64,000 bases of DNA from Octopus sinensis (GCF_006345805.1 NC_043019.1:8555360-8619359), one strand, 5' to 3'; positions 1-13,526 are shown, counted from the first letter of the stretch. The notes: generated by a model not told the origin, from the sequence alone. Numbers and translations are program-made.

Positions 1-19
1 CCTCATCACCATCATCCTT

Positions 20-50
<31 letters not shown>

Positions 51-195
51 CCATCCTCATCGCATTCATCACCATCATCATTCCCATCATCACTATCGTC
101 GTCATCATTGTCTTCATCATCACTAGCAGCATGAGCATCATCCTAACCACAATCGTCTTCATCCTCATCATCTTCATTATCGCTATTCCTATCCT
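1..195. repeat. Degenerate (CAT)n microsatellite
   Basis: Runs of catcatcat with substitutions from the window start. Confidence 0.9.
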
Positions 196-904
196 CAGGA
201 AAAGATGCCAACATAGCATAAAAGCTTACCTTGATAAATGAATTCCTAGCAAACGCATTTTGACAGAACTGACAGCTTTTGTATAAAGTACTGCCTACAT
301 ATATTTATGTGCACAGTCGCCGGTGTGTGTGTGTGGCAGTGTGTTTGTATGTGTATACGTGTGGCGATGTGTGGTGTGTGTATGTGGGAGCGTGTGTGGT
401 ATGGTGTGTGTGCGCGTGTGGTGTGTGTATGTGAGATTGTGTGTCTGACTCTATGTGTGAGCTTATCATTGTGTTTTTCTTCTGAGTACTATCATTTTCT
501 AAGAAATATATTTTGCTATGATAGTTTACGTTAAACAACGCTTTATATCGTAGGTTGTGCGTATATTATGTATATATAAATATATATATATATATGTCTG
601 TGTTCACTCACAAATTACGCTACAAATATATGCAGAACGCATATTCATACACACATCTCTTTCTCTCTCTCGTTGTATATATATTATATATATATAATAT
701 ATATATATATATATTATATATATATATATACATATATAAGTATGTGTATTGTTCTTTGTGTGTGTGTCCGTGTTTATATTCTCCGACGTAATGTAGTGTA
801 TGAAAATGTATTACACTACGGAAAGCCCTTTTCGTTGCATCATTTTCTGACACGTTCAAAATACTCATGACTGGTGTCACCGAGTTCTCTCTCATCCAAT
901 TGTT

Positions 905-1215
905 CAAGAGACAGCAGCTGAGCGATGAGTGTCCCCTTAGTTGCTGCTGAATGAGACAATGGACGTAAACATGATGATATACCAGAAAACTCGATTATAT
1001 ATTAAAAGCTCTTGTTTTCGCTAATCAAAAGTGACAAACGGTTCAATGATATTTTGCTTCTTGCCAAAATCATAGGTACACCAAATCCCAATTTATCACA
1101 GGTACTCTTGGTTCACATCCACACACCTATGATGAGCTGCTTGCACACCTTGTCAGAGACTCAAAACCTATCTTGATCACTAACTTTTAATTTAAAATAT
1201 GTAAAATATTTGGCC
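905..1215 (-). mobile_element. Decayed DNA-transposon transposase N-terminal fragment, probably CMC/Chapaev3-type
   Basis: Minus-strand translation with stops and frameshifts gives AKYFTYFKLKVSDQDRF*VSDKVCKQ, then FGVPMI(fs)WQEAKYH*TVCHF, then IEFSGISSCLRPLSHS. These are collinear with the motifs LGDQDKSWAPHxVC, FGVPMxWREPxxHxxDCYFC and YPNLPSAxRPVPH that I recall from this transposase family. The family name is from memory. Confidence 0.6.
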
Positions 1216-2784
1216 TTTCTCCTGGAATGGTAAAAGTGCCACAGATATAGGAAATGGGATTTATGGTGTGAAAGAGAAGGGGTAGACATGATCTGAAAGA
1301 AAGAAAATATATATGTGAATACGAAATAAGATGTCACAAGCTTAGAAAAGATAAAAGCTTACATAATGTATGCTAATTATATGAATACAGACTTTTATTT
1401 TATTATTTTGTTGCAGAATATTATAGTAATCAGCTATAAAGGGAGGTCACTGGGGTTTGTCACCAATTAGTATACGAAAATTCCATATAAATATATATGA
1501 ATATGCAACCCAAATTGAATATACATACGTATTCATTAACACCAATACCCATAAGGAAAACGAACAAGGCTGAATATAAAGCCTCAAACCCAAGGATAGA
1601 ATCGCTCCACGTTTCAAACAGTGTTTTCCCTCGGTTCAAAGCTGTGCCCTCTCTCCTCAACTGCCTAAGTCTTTTTTTCTGACCTGCAACCTTCGGATCA
1701 TCTACTTGTCGCTCCCTTATCTTGACCACATTGATGTACGAGCATGCATCAGTGCACCAGGTGAGCTTGCAGCCTCCATTTTGAGACAGGACCTCGATTC
1801 TCAAGGATCCAAGACCAGCAAAGATATTTGATTGGTCAATAATCGTGATTTACTTTTTAGAGAGAGATTTTATACTCTCTCTCAGCTGCCATACTTTACA
1901 AAGATCAATAGAAAATCGTCAGAACTGACAAATGCTCACTCATTATCCTTAAGATGAGGAAAACAGTCGGCTGACCAATCTTATTATTTACGTGAAAACA
2001 ATATAACTTTTCGTATTCAGAGAGTATATTGTAAGAAAAAAAAAAAGATTGATGTGACAGAAGACAAAATAACCACAGTTTTGAAATCAGCCAATTTTAG
2101 TGCCAATCAAATGAAGAGTCGGACTAAACAGGTATTATGCTCAAAATTCTTGCCCAGTATTGCATACTGTCTTATGATATATAAATTATTATATCTAAAA
2201 AAAATACTTTAAATTTTATTTCCCATAAAAACGCCATCGCTCTCTTTTGCTTATTGCGCAAGGGACCCATGCGTTCTGTATAGTATTTAATACTCTGTAA
2301 TAATATACTTGAATAATAAGTAACGCTGTGCATCCATATATGCTAGACTATTCTATAACAGAATATACAGATATAAAGGTCTGTACAAAGACTTAATTAC
2401 TAGAGAGTGTTGGGAAATGTTTTTCGACATTTGAATATAATATGATGAATATCTGAAACTCATGTTGGTCTCTCCTCTGGAATATAAATATATATAATAT
2501 TTTGCGATTACATTTGAATGTGTGAGCGGCTATTGAAATTCCTCTCGGGAATAGAATGATAAATTTCTGAATGTTGTGTTCTCATCGTGAAATATTTTGT
2601 TGGAGAATTTTAGGTTATTAGGATAAAAAGTAAGACCAAAATAGAGTGAGCAGAAAGCTTATAATGAAACGTAGAGGTTTGGCCAAGAAAGGGACATATA
2701 AAATTCCCAGTAGGATTTTTCGCTATGTAGCAGACATGAAGCTAAAACATTCCACGAAATTACAAAACAAGAAGAAAAAAAGTG

Positions 2785-2905
2785 ATGTAACTCGGTACAG
2801 TGCCTCATGAAGTGCACCGCTAGCTCTCGCTGCGCACGCAGCTATCTGCTGCCATCTGTTGGCGCGTTACATAGTAAGTCAGGAAACTTTTTGATACCAT
2901 CTGGT
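2785..2905 (-). mobile_element. Mariner 5' terminal fragment (TIR region)
   Basis: ctctcgctgcgcacgcagctatctgctgccatctgttggcgcgttacatagtaagtcaggaaactttttgatacc closely matches 24305-24380, the terminus of a mariner with recognisable transposase motifs. Confidence 0.65.
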
Positions 2906-3792
2906 ATGCCAAAATAATGGTCGTATTAGAAGAGTTTGTCCGAACACAAAATGTGTAGATCAACTCACCACAGACACTCGATTCCTTCCTGAAGTCCTTC
3001 ATCAAGAAATATCGGACGACGATGGATGGCGTATGCGGGATAAAAAACATCGGAGCACGCTCAGCAGGATGGTAATATTGTCAAATTATTCCTCATTTCT
3101 TAGAAGATTTTCCAAAGGAATCATAAATGCCTGTTTACAGAAGCACTTATACAAACACTTACATACATAAATTATATGTGTTTATGTATATGCATATTTG
3201 GTGTGTGAGGACCGTGTGCGTGCATGCATGAAATATATATTACGCCCTTGTAATCTTTTGCTATGTGATTTTTGAAACAGACACAATGGAATAATTCAAC
3301 GTTTTTCTTTGTAAACCAGAGGAGGGCTTTAGATACAACCGTCCACATCTGCTCCCTTATTTATGATACTGTTTACTATGAAGTGTCAAACATTTTCTTT
3401 GTACTCCTGCAGGATTCTGACAGATGTAATCCCACTGAATCTGTTGCCGTTCATTCTTTTCTTTTCCTCACAATTGATATATTTCTCAGCATTTGTTTAA
3501 GGTTATTTATTTTCCGTTGTGACATTCGTATTGAAGCCTGGATACCGGACTTTTAAATGACAGTTACATTTATAAAAATATTTCTTTCATATTTTAATCT
3601 CTGGTATAAGAGTTGTAAGTTCTTTTTCTAAGCATTGGACTCGACAGTCAATAATTTCTCTACGATGCAATTCCTTCTGCTGAGGTTTCTTTGGTATTTT
3701 CCTCCCAACAGCTTTGATGTTCTTCTACGTTTCAGAGTTACAACGTAACTGAAGGAAACTTTGCTTTTTATCATTCTAGAGGCGAATTCATG

Positions 3793-3807
3793 GTTATTAT
3801 TATTATG

Positions 3808-3848
<41 letters not shown>

Positions 3849-3952
3849 CAAGGTCAATGTGGTAATGATGGTCACCTGGTATTCTTTTGGCTGTCTCTTT
3901 CTCAATTGCATTTTATATGAATTGCATTACGATTGGAGTAGTAGTGGTGATG

Positions 3953-3989
<37 letters not shown>

Positions 3990-3990
3990 C
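3793..3990. repeat. (ATT)n and (AGT)n microsatellites
   Basis: Direct inspection: two trinucleotide tracts separated by about 85 bp. Confidence 0.9.
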
Positions 3991-4624
3991 ACCACCACCA
4001 GCAGAAGCCGTAGATATTTTATCTACTTTGGTTGACGACCCTCTGTTGTATGTCAAAAGGTTGTATGTTGTATATAACGAAGATAAGTACTATATTAGAA
4101 TGTTCTTAAGTCTATATATATATCACTGACTTTTGTAGCAACCATCAATATTCATATCATAGGAGAAAATAAAAACATATATGTATATCTCCCGAATCGT
4201 TCTTACAGATTATATGTTTCATTTGGTGTTACCGTTTGCAAAACATGGGTGTGTTTGATCCAGCAAATCCGCAAATCTACTACGTAGTTAAAAAAAGTCA
4301 TTCTGTAGATATAATTGCATGCTATGTGCTAGAAGAAACCATGGCAATAAATGCGTCGAAAATTCTGTTTCTGAAGAGTTAGGACGGCGCAGTACGGATG
4401 GGAAGAGAAAGATTGATAATTATAGGGAAGTTTGTACTGAATTGTAAGTTACATCTATACTTTAGCAGCGCCCAATGGAAACGCTGGATGGAGCCACGTC
4501 ATAGAAAACGTCACGTAATTTGTACGATATAAAGAAAACATACTACATTTCAAAAGTATCAAGAAATTAACAAATTGATCTGAAATGGTGTTGCATAAAT
4601 TTCAGTGGCACTCATTAAAGTATT

Positions 4625-4701
<77 letters not shown>

Positions 4702-4935
4702 ACATATATATATATGTAAATATATATGTGTGGGTGCATGTATGTATATATTTATATAAACTACCTCATATATATATATAGAGAGAGAAATAGAGAGAGA
4801 GAGAGAGATGTGTTTGTACGCATATATATGTATGTGTGTATATAAATATATAACATATTTACACATACATAGGGTTATATAGATATTATAGATACGTACA
4901 TAGTTATATAATATATATATATATATATATATATC
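4625..4935. repeat. (CT)n-(TA)n compound microsatellite with TA-rich flank
   Basis: Direct inspection. Confidence 0.9.
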
Positions 4936-5038
4936 CGTTCATCAAACAATTTAGATTCAAATGAATATGGCACTTAATTTAGATGCACCAGAATTTTTTA
5001 TGGTGTTACCCATAAAAATATGCGGGGTGATTATAATA

Positions 5039-5347
5039 AAAAATAAGCACCAAGAATGGATCCGGTAATTTAGTACAATTGTTTCATACTATAACATTTT
5101 ATTAAAAGCTGTAAATATTACAGCAGATATAATATGTGAAGTAATCTTCAGCTAATTTCATATAAGTTTTCCAATAATATAAAATTCTCAAATCAGTTAG
5201 TAACATCCTAGAGAAGGTAAATATACAGATAAAGATGTAGATATGAATCTCGGGAACATGAGATAGTATTGTTAGTATGCCAAACATACCAAAGTTAAGT
5301 TCACAATTGTAGTAAATTACCGGATCCATTCTTGTTTACTTATTTTT
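5039..5347. mobile_element. MITE-like element with ~45-bp terminal inverted repeats
   Basis: 5039-5082 (aaaaataagcaccaagaatggatccggtaatttagtacaattgt) is the near-perfect reverse complement of 5303-5347. The ~220-bp interior is AT-rich and non-coding. No clear TSD. Confidence 0.65.
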
Positions 5348-5348
5348 G

Positions 5349-5386
<38 letters not shown>

Positions 5387-5551
5387 CAGAGAGAAAAATA
5401 AATGATAGGAGATATAGATATTTGGTTTTTTTTTAATATACATATATATATATATACATTTATGTATATATAGGTTGTTGTATAAAGCTTGAAACACGTG
5501 TACCGCGAGATCCTTTGTGTTCTGTTATTTTATTTCATTTGATGTATATAT

Positions 5552-5584
<33 letters not shown>

Positions 5585-6039
5585 TATGTAATTAAGTATA
5601 TATTTATCTATGTATATGTAGAGAGAAAATATATAATATAAAAGATGATGTGTTGTTGAATTTCAACTTTTGCTGATATTTACTCAGCGACCCACAAAAC
5701 AGCGTAGATATGACTTTTCATTACTCGGTATTAAGTGCTCAATGAGGTAAATGGAAGTGCACAAACCAGATTGTGCAATTGGTTAAAGGATTATACAAGG
5801 GCGATATATTTTGACGTTTTTCTCTTCTACGATTAATATAAAACGAGTTAGGAAATTTGTAAAAGTAAAGAAACTAATATAATTGTAATTGCAATTAGTT
5901 ATGAATTTGAAAGCACTGAATTTATCGTTTTTACACATTTTGTGTTGCATAAACGAAGCGACGTTGAGAGGGGCGCAATACGAAAAATAATATAACTACA
6001 CGAATAGATATATAGCGATATGTATATATAGATGAATAT

Positions 6040-6443
6040 CTGCATATCAACAGACATACAAAGACATACTAAAAGACACACGCAAACACACACAACACAT
6101 CCATACACACTCAGACATATATATGTGAATGTATATATGTATATATATATATGTGTGTGTGTGCGTGTGTGTATGTATATATGTATATATATATGTATAT
6201 ATATTTATGTGTGTGTGTATATATATACATATATATGTATGCATATATATATACATATATATATATAAATGTATATACATACATACATATATACATATAA
6301 ATATATATATATATATATGTATATACACACGTATGTGTGCGTGTGCGTATACGTATGTCTACATATATATATATACTCATAAATATAAACATAATACATA
6401 TAAATACATAAATACACGCAATCATACACACAATCATACACAC

Positions 6444-6510
<67 letters not shown>

Positions 6511-6895
6511 TGCATATGTATATATAAATGTGTAATTTAGACATATGCTCGAAACACACGTACGCTCAGCTATTGTTATGAATAGAAACGTAAACAACTC
6601 TGCATCTCTCCTCTAGATTCTGATGCATGTGCGAGATATTTGGTTGCCAGTCTTTGGGCATACAGTATCTTCTTATCTCTAATGGCGTCATCTTATTCTT
6701 CGCGAAATTTCTTGCGGCTTCATTCAATTACATCACCTCCACTGCCTTCAGGATGTAGAAAGACCGACGTGTGATATTTCTTCATAATGACTAGAGAAAT
6801 GTGCGTACTTCCATACGAACTTCAACATTTGTACTTATATCTGCACATACGTACATAATGCATGCATACATATACATATATATATATATATATAT

Positions 6896-6944
<49 letters not shown>

Positions 6945-6959
6945 AATTGATATGAATGT

Positions 6960-7042
<83 letters not shown>

Positions 7043-7227
7043 GTGTGTGTGTGTGTGTGTGTGCACGCCGGGTGTTTATGAATGCGGTATGCATAAAATA
7101 TACATATGTTGAATATATATTGTTTGCTTTTATGTATATTCATAAGAAAGAACGTAAATTTGTGCAGACATAAAAATGTTTAATAGGATAATTCGGATAA
7201 GATGCGCACTCCTATCTAGATGTGTGA

Positions 7228-7263
<36 letters not shown>

Positions 7264-7330
7264 GAGAGAGAGAGAGAGAGAGAGAGATACATATATTATA
7301 TTATATTTACATATATATGCATGCATATTC
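6040..7330. repeat. Cluster of (TA)n/(CA)n/(GA)n microsatellites
   Basis: Direct inspection; source of many YIYIY-type ORFs. Confidence 0.85.
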
Positions 7331-8825
7331 TCACAAACATTGATGTAAATGTCTGTAGGTGCCTTCTGGGATTCTGGTATATGTGTCCGTTTGTTTGTGT
7401 ACACCTCGTCACAGAAGCGTAAAAGTGCGTATACACACACACACACACACACTGGCACATACACACATTTTAGAAATACTGGCGTAAAGTAATTATGGCT
7501 TCACCAAATATATATATCATGTACTTATATGCATACTTAAGAATAAAAACAACATCTTTTATCAGAGTTTTGGAATTTCCATGAGTTTGACGTCATTTGT
7601 GAAATTCATGAAACTTTACACAAACGCATAGCAGAAAGTACATCGCAAACTGTGAAGTATACTTTCGACGAACATATATATATATATATATATTTATATA
7701 TACACTTAAAGAACAATATAAAGTGTTATTTTAGAAGGAGCAAATTTTTCTTAGATTTTTCTACCTTCTATTACACATCTTTCTAATTATTGCTCTAAGC
7801 ATGTAGCTATACGTGCACATATTTACAAGTCTATATTAGTGTGTTATCATAATTGCGTAAGTTCTCCTTCACTTGCGTGTTCCGAGTGCCTGTGTGTGCC
7901 TATGCGTTTATGCATGCATATGGCTATGTGTAAATCAGTGTGTTTACTCTTTTGGATCGCAGATATCTTTTCTATCTGAGAGAACCATTTCTCTTCTTGT
8001 ATTAAATTACAATCATTTTGGTAAACATGTTTCTTTCATTAAACTGAAATATTTCTTCAGATTGAATTTACAGTCAACACTACTTATAACTCAAACAAAA
8101 ATATCAGAAAATGAAATTATTAGTTCATAAATTCAAAAGCTCCAGGGGATTTCCATTGGGCACGTGCTCGATGATCTTGAGGTAACTTTTTAGAAATAAA
8201 TCTTCTGATGCGGCTCTCCTTTGGTGATGCTAAATTGCATCTTTCACAGCTGGCGACAAATTGATATTTGCTCGGTTATTTTAACTTATTAAAATTGGAT
8301 ATTTCTTACCAATAACATGGATTTCGCAGTGACATAAATCTACCAAAATTTAGATGTATTCTTGAACGCTATCTTTCTGGCTAGAAACTGCTTTAGCATG
8401 TTGCTAATCTTTTCGTTATTTGCGTTTGACGATATGCGCCTATTTTGAAAATGCCTTCGTACAGCCCAATGAAACAGGCAGCGATGGTCTTTGACACATA
8501 TCGGTCATGCATACAAAATATTCTTGTTAATATTCGTCCTCTAGGAGACAATTCTCTACATATGAGCATATTCGAGTGATTCTTAGTGATACTTAGACCA
8601 TGGTTATTTATGATGCTAAAATCACTCCCCGAAGTATTTGAAGACCGCCGCTATGTGACGTGGGAGTCTTCACTGTTGACCAACACAGATATGCGCATAC
8701 ACACACACACGCACACACACACACACAAACATACATTCAGACAAACAGACACATTCACACATACACACAAATATATATATATATATACTTGTGTGTATGT
8801 GTGAATGTGTCTGTATATAGACACG

Positions 8826-8956
8826 GCTCTTCTCGAAGTTTCCGTTCAAATCCACGCACAAGAGACTGGTCGTCTCGAGGTTTGTTCAAATTGCCACGCT
8901 ATGACATTCAAACTTGTGGTTGGTAAGAGAGCGTCTTACTGCACGGACACGTTGCG
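8826..8956 (-). mobile_element. Decayed tRNA-derived SINE head (family A)
   Basis: Collinear but diverged relative to the copies at 13527-13671 and 14987-15129 (aaatccac...ggtcg...gagg...tgccacgc...tgtggttggtaag). Confidence 0.5.
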
Positions 8957-9284
8957 TTATGTACATATATATATACATGTCACTAGCTCCTTATTTAACC
9001 ATTTGCACCGTATCATATCTTTCTCTTATGAAACTAGAAGGACTGGCTGTTAATGAAACCTTAGTTGCTGTCCTGGCAATCAAACTGCGCATTTCATTTA
9101 TTTCGAATACCGTTAAATTCGATGCCAAAATAAGCGTTTCTTGTTGCGAAGATCATCTCTTTGATTAGTTTACCATGTAATATTCCTGTTACCATCGTGT
9201 GCATAGTAATTACAAAATATTGATAATAACAATAATGTGTATCTCACCATTTTGGCTCAGGGCCATCGAACGTAAAGGGATAAA

Positions 9285-9470
9285 GGTTAATCGATTGCAT
9301 AGCCTCAGTGCTTGCTTGTTACATTAGATTCTCGACTCTGAAATAATAAAAGGCAAGGTTGTCGCGCCGGCACTTGAACACAGCGCGTAAAATGCCCAAA
9401 GAAAAGCCCAGCTAATTTTTTTTTTTTTTCTTTTGTCCAAGGCGCAAGAAATTCTGCAAGTTCGCCGCCT
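9285..9470 (-). mobile_element. Decayed SINE (family B, ggcggcgagctggcag head)
   Basis: Ends in ttctgcaagttcgccgcct and contains tcgact..gaaa..taaaaggcaaggtt, matching the 60352-60570 copy in reverse. Confidence 0.55.
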
Positions 9471-9529
9471 GAATCACAATAGTTCTTTCTATCACAGGTA
9501 CAAGACTTGAAATTTTTTACAGGATGTTG

Positions 9530-9700
9530 CTTGTCGACTAAATCGAGCCCAATGTCCGATGGTAAGTTATTTCATCGACTCCGAAAGGATGAAAGGGAAA
9601 GCCTACCGCTGCGGAATTTGAAATCAGAAAGTAAATACGGACGAAACACCGTTAACTATTTTATCCGGCGTGCTACAGATCCTGCCAGTTTGCCGCCTTA
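9530..9700 (-). mobile_element. SINE family B
   Basis: tttcatcgactccgaaaggatgaaaggg...ggaatttgaa...cggcgtgcta...ctgccagtttgccgcctta is the reverse of the family B head and body. Confidence 0.7.
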
Positions 9701-9718
9701 ATGTAGTAGTAGTAGTAA

Positions 9719-9775
<57 letters not shown>

Positions 9776-9860
9776 AATTAATATTGATGATGGTGATGAT
9801 GACGACAACGACGACGACGATGATGACGATGATGATGAGGCTGCTGCTGATGATGATGAT
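9701..9860. repeat. (AGT)n/(GAT)n compound microsatellite
   Basis: Direct inspection. Confidence 0.9.
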
Positions 9861-9861
9861 T

Positions 9862-9968
9862 TCGAACCTTAGCACTTAGCTAGCAACTTTCGGTGGAGGT
9901 AGTGCAAATCGACTGCACCGCCTCCTGCTGCTCAACTGGTACTTATTTTATCGACTCCGAAAGGATAA
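9862..9968 (-). mobile_element. SINE family B, 3' half
   Basis: tcgactgcaccgcc...ctcaactggtacttattttatcgactccgaaaggat. Confidence 0.6.
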
Positions 9969-10805
9969 ATAAACAACCATTCTCATTATTTCCACCTGTT
10001 GCCATCTTATCTTATCTTTAGATGCCTGGTGCGTTCTGTTTCGTTTCAGAGAGCAGCAATTGTTGCTCGACCCACACCGAAATACCCTGAGTGCACCCGC
10101 CACAATGCCATTCCTTGTTATCAACACAGCGTTGTAGAATTTGCTACAGATGTGACACAGTGCAACAGCGCCTCAGTTGGACACAAACGTGGGCGGAGGG
10201 ACGCCATTTACCCAAGTTACCTAACGTTATTGTTACTTAATGTCATTGTTCTTTATTCCGGTAACACTATTAGTGTTTGCTGCATCATCGCTGCGGTGTT
10301 TCTAATACCGTGGTTCCTGTGGTTGCGGTTAGTAGTAATGTTGTTGTTGCTCTTGTTGTTGCGGTTGTTGATAATCCTTTCTTCTTTTTATTTCGTGTTC
10401 TTCCTGTTTCGTTGTGCATCCTCACTAAGCAGTCTATTATATAACAATTAGACACGGTTTATGATTTCCATTGCAGACGTTTGTCACGTTACCAAAGAAA
10501 GAACAGACAAGTACGCATACTCAAACACACTGAATAAAACCCATACACACACGCACGTATTTATACACGTGTACACAATCATACACACACACACACACTG
10601 CCTACAATAATCATATTTAGAAGTTCAGCTGTGAAATAAATGATATCTTTAGATTGTAAGTCTGTTTAAATTCACACATTCGCAGGCGCGCTCACTGACA
10701 CAGCCCTATTCATGCGCACGCGAGCGTGCATGTATAATTGATTGGCACGTGGAAGCATAGGCCATATTCCTCCACAAATATATACAATTCCTTTGCAAGC
10801 GTGGT

Positions 10806-10863
<58 letters not shown>

Positions 10864-10980
10864 ATATATATATATATATATAATATATATATATATATAA
10901 ATAAATAACAAAGTTATTTTATGCCACACGAGCAGAAATATAAGGAAAATATTTCAACTATTCTCACTTATTTTCATACG

Positions 10981-12230
10981 TATTGGGTTATCACAAAAAG
11001 AAGATTTTTTTTTAAATACATTTTATATATTTTTTAATATTAAGATAAACAAAGTTCTGTTTTAAGCTAAAATAAACACTCTTTCATTTCTACAATATAC
11101 TTCCATTTATCTGCTGGACGTGCGAGGCGACTCCTTCAAAATTCACTTGTCCGTGACGAATCATACTTCTCCAGTACTGTCCTGACCTTGTCTACAGAAT
11201 TCATAGTTTTTCCGAATAGATGATCAGATGGGGCAATGTCCGGTGAATATGGTGGGTGGGGTGTCGTTTCCCGTTCAAACTGCTCCAGCCTTTTGAATGT
11301 CATCGTTGCCGTAAGTGGCCGAGCATTATCCTGATGGCAGAACACCTTTCGTCTTGAAGGTGAAGATGGCCGTTTTCTTTCTAGCGCTGACTTAAGCCGC
11401 TCTTGCTGCTTGTAGTAGATGCCCTTTGTTATCGTTTGGTTTAAAAGTTTAAAGTGGATTAAACCTTTCATGTCCAAGCAAACAGATAACATCACCTTAC
11501 GTGGGTGAATAATTTTTTAAGCTGGGGTACCTGTGATTCTCCTTTCCCTACCACTCTCTTCGGTGCTTCCTCACCACTGTCTTCGGTGTTTCACATTTCT
11601 ATAGAGAACCCATTTCTTGTCACCATTGGCTATTCGGTCCTAAAATGGTTCATCCGTGAGACGTGGAAGCGAAGGAGAGCGCACATTCCCACTCTGCGAT
11701 TAGACTTGAAAAGCTTGTTAGGAATATATTGACTTAATTTGCTGACTTTTTCCAACGGCACGCATGTACCGATGAATAGTTGAATGATAAAATCCAAGCT
11801 TCCCTGCTAGTTCCTCAAGAGTGAGCAATGGGATTGCGTTCCACCTGTGTTTGCAGCACGTCCTCGTCATGTTCTACAGATCTTCCAGGAAGAGACTTGT
11901 ATTTAGGCTGCAGCTTCCGGATCGGAGTTTCTGGAACGACCGTTGACATTGGCTTACACATATTGTCCAGCCCCCATATACAGCATTGTTGCCCATATAC
12001 AGCGTTGTGGCATTTATTGAACTGAAAAAGCAAGTAATGCTGAATATGCTCCTTTGTCACTTCCAGTATAACTTTGATAATAACTGTTACAATCGAACTG
12101 CACCCTTCAAGACTTGCAGAAAGAATAAATCAAGGTAAAATTATTTACTGCTATTATATCAAATTGATGCAGTTAGTTCATCCCGTCTCGCTCCGACGTG
12201 AAATAACCGCAATATTTATGGAGTGAACCA

Positions 12231-12233
<3 letters not shown>
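10981..12233 (-). mobile_element. Near-full-length degenerate mariner DNA transposon (~1.25 kb), transposase pseudogene
   Basis: Minus-strand pieces: MTKEHIQHYLLFQFNK (HTH start), PGRSVEHDEDVLQT, LTDEPF*DRIANGDKKWVLYRNVKHRRQW, and ORF 11136-11495 with HQDNARP and HPPYSPDIAPSD (mariner catalytic motifs). Degenerate TIRs: TAttgggttatcacaaaa at 10981 and ...atttatggagtgaaccaaTA ending at 12233. Confidence 0.9.
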
Positions 12234-12264
<31 letters not shown>

Positions 12265-12387
12265 CCAATACATATATATATAATATATATATATATATAT
12301 CAACAATTGAGGGTAAAAATTAATTAATCAATTTCACCAAGTGTTCAGTATGTAAAAGGACCATTTAAGGCGAATTCAAAATATTAC

Positions 12388-12591
12388 ATTATATAATTAG
12401 GCTTAGTAAAATAAATTACTTTGCCACATACTGAACTAAGTAGAAATAGCAGCCCCCAAAAATTTTTTTAGCCGTTTCTACTACTTCTTTAAGTAGTAGA
12501 AACGGCTAAAAAAATTTTTTTTTGGCTGCTATTTCTACTTAGTTCAGTATGTGGCAAAGTAATTTATTTTACTAAGCCCTAATTATATAAT
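12388..12591. repeat. Long fold-back inverted repeat (~100-bp arms, 4-nt loop)
   Basis: 12388-12486 is the reverse complement of 12491-12591 apart from a small indel and the ccc/aaa run. The loop is cttt. Confidence 0.95.
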
Positions 12592-12592
12592 A

Positions 12593-12670
<78 letters not shown>

Positions 12671-12689
12671 TATGTATATATAATATATA

Positions 12690-12735
<46 letters not shown>

Positions 12736-12805
12736 ATATATATATATGTGTATATATATATATATACATACATGTGTATGTATATATATATATACATACA
12801 TATAT

Positions 12806-12848
<43 letters not shown>

Positions 12849-12865
12849 GTATGTATATGTGTATA
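12592..12865. repeat. (TA)n-rich microsatellite
   Basis: Direct inspection. Confidence 0.9.
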
Positions 12866-13124
12866 CTTACACGCACACAGACAGATGCATAAAAACACAT
12901 ACCTTTTCAAGAATAGAGACTTTAATGATCACCCCATCTAAACCAAGCAAAGCACATCCTCCTCATTACATCATCATATTGTCATCTTTATTGTTATCAT
13001 TATCATCAATCTTATCAGGTTCTTTTTTTCACTCTCACCTCCATAAGAAAATTCGTCACCTCCATCTGATTCATTTTTCTTAGCTTCTCCTTTCTCCTCT
13101 TCCTCCCCTCCGCCTCTCACCGTT

Positions 13125-13146
13125 TCTTCTTCTTCTTCTTCTTCTT

Positions 13147-13221
<75 letters not shown>
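13125..13221. repeat. (CTT)n-(ATT)n compound microsatellite
   Basis: Direct inspection. Confidence 0.95.
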
Positions 13222-13222
<1 letters not shown>

Positions 13223-13526
13223 TACTTTGGAACCGTGGTATGGTATAAAATGCCTTTCTTTCATGTTCGTGTTACACGCTGATATGTACCAGATGGTTGT
13301 TAAAACGGTTACAGTAACAACAACATCAACAACAACAGCATGAAACACACACACAAATGAAGAACAAAAACAAATCGAGAAATGGAGAAACGAGTAAAAG
13401 CAAAACAGTAGCAAGAACATCATATTCCTTTGCTCTGGAGACATAACTAAAATCATGAGCAATGCCCACGCTGGAGCCAACACAATGGCAGATATCTTCA
13501 TGTCTAGAAAAGAAGAACGAAATCTT

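Noticed and set aside
5491-5502. GAAACACGTGTA, the 3' half of a hammerhead with a palindromic helix III
   Set aside because: There is no CUGANGA core or convincing helix I/II upstream, so it is too little to call.
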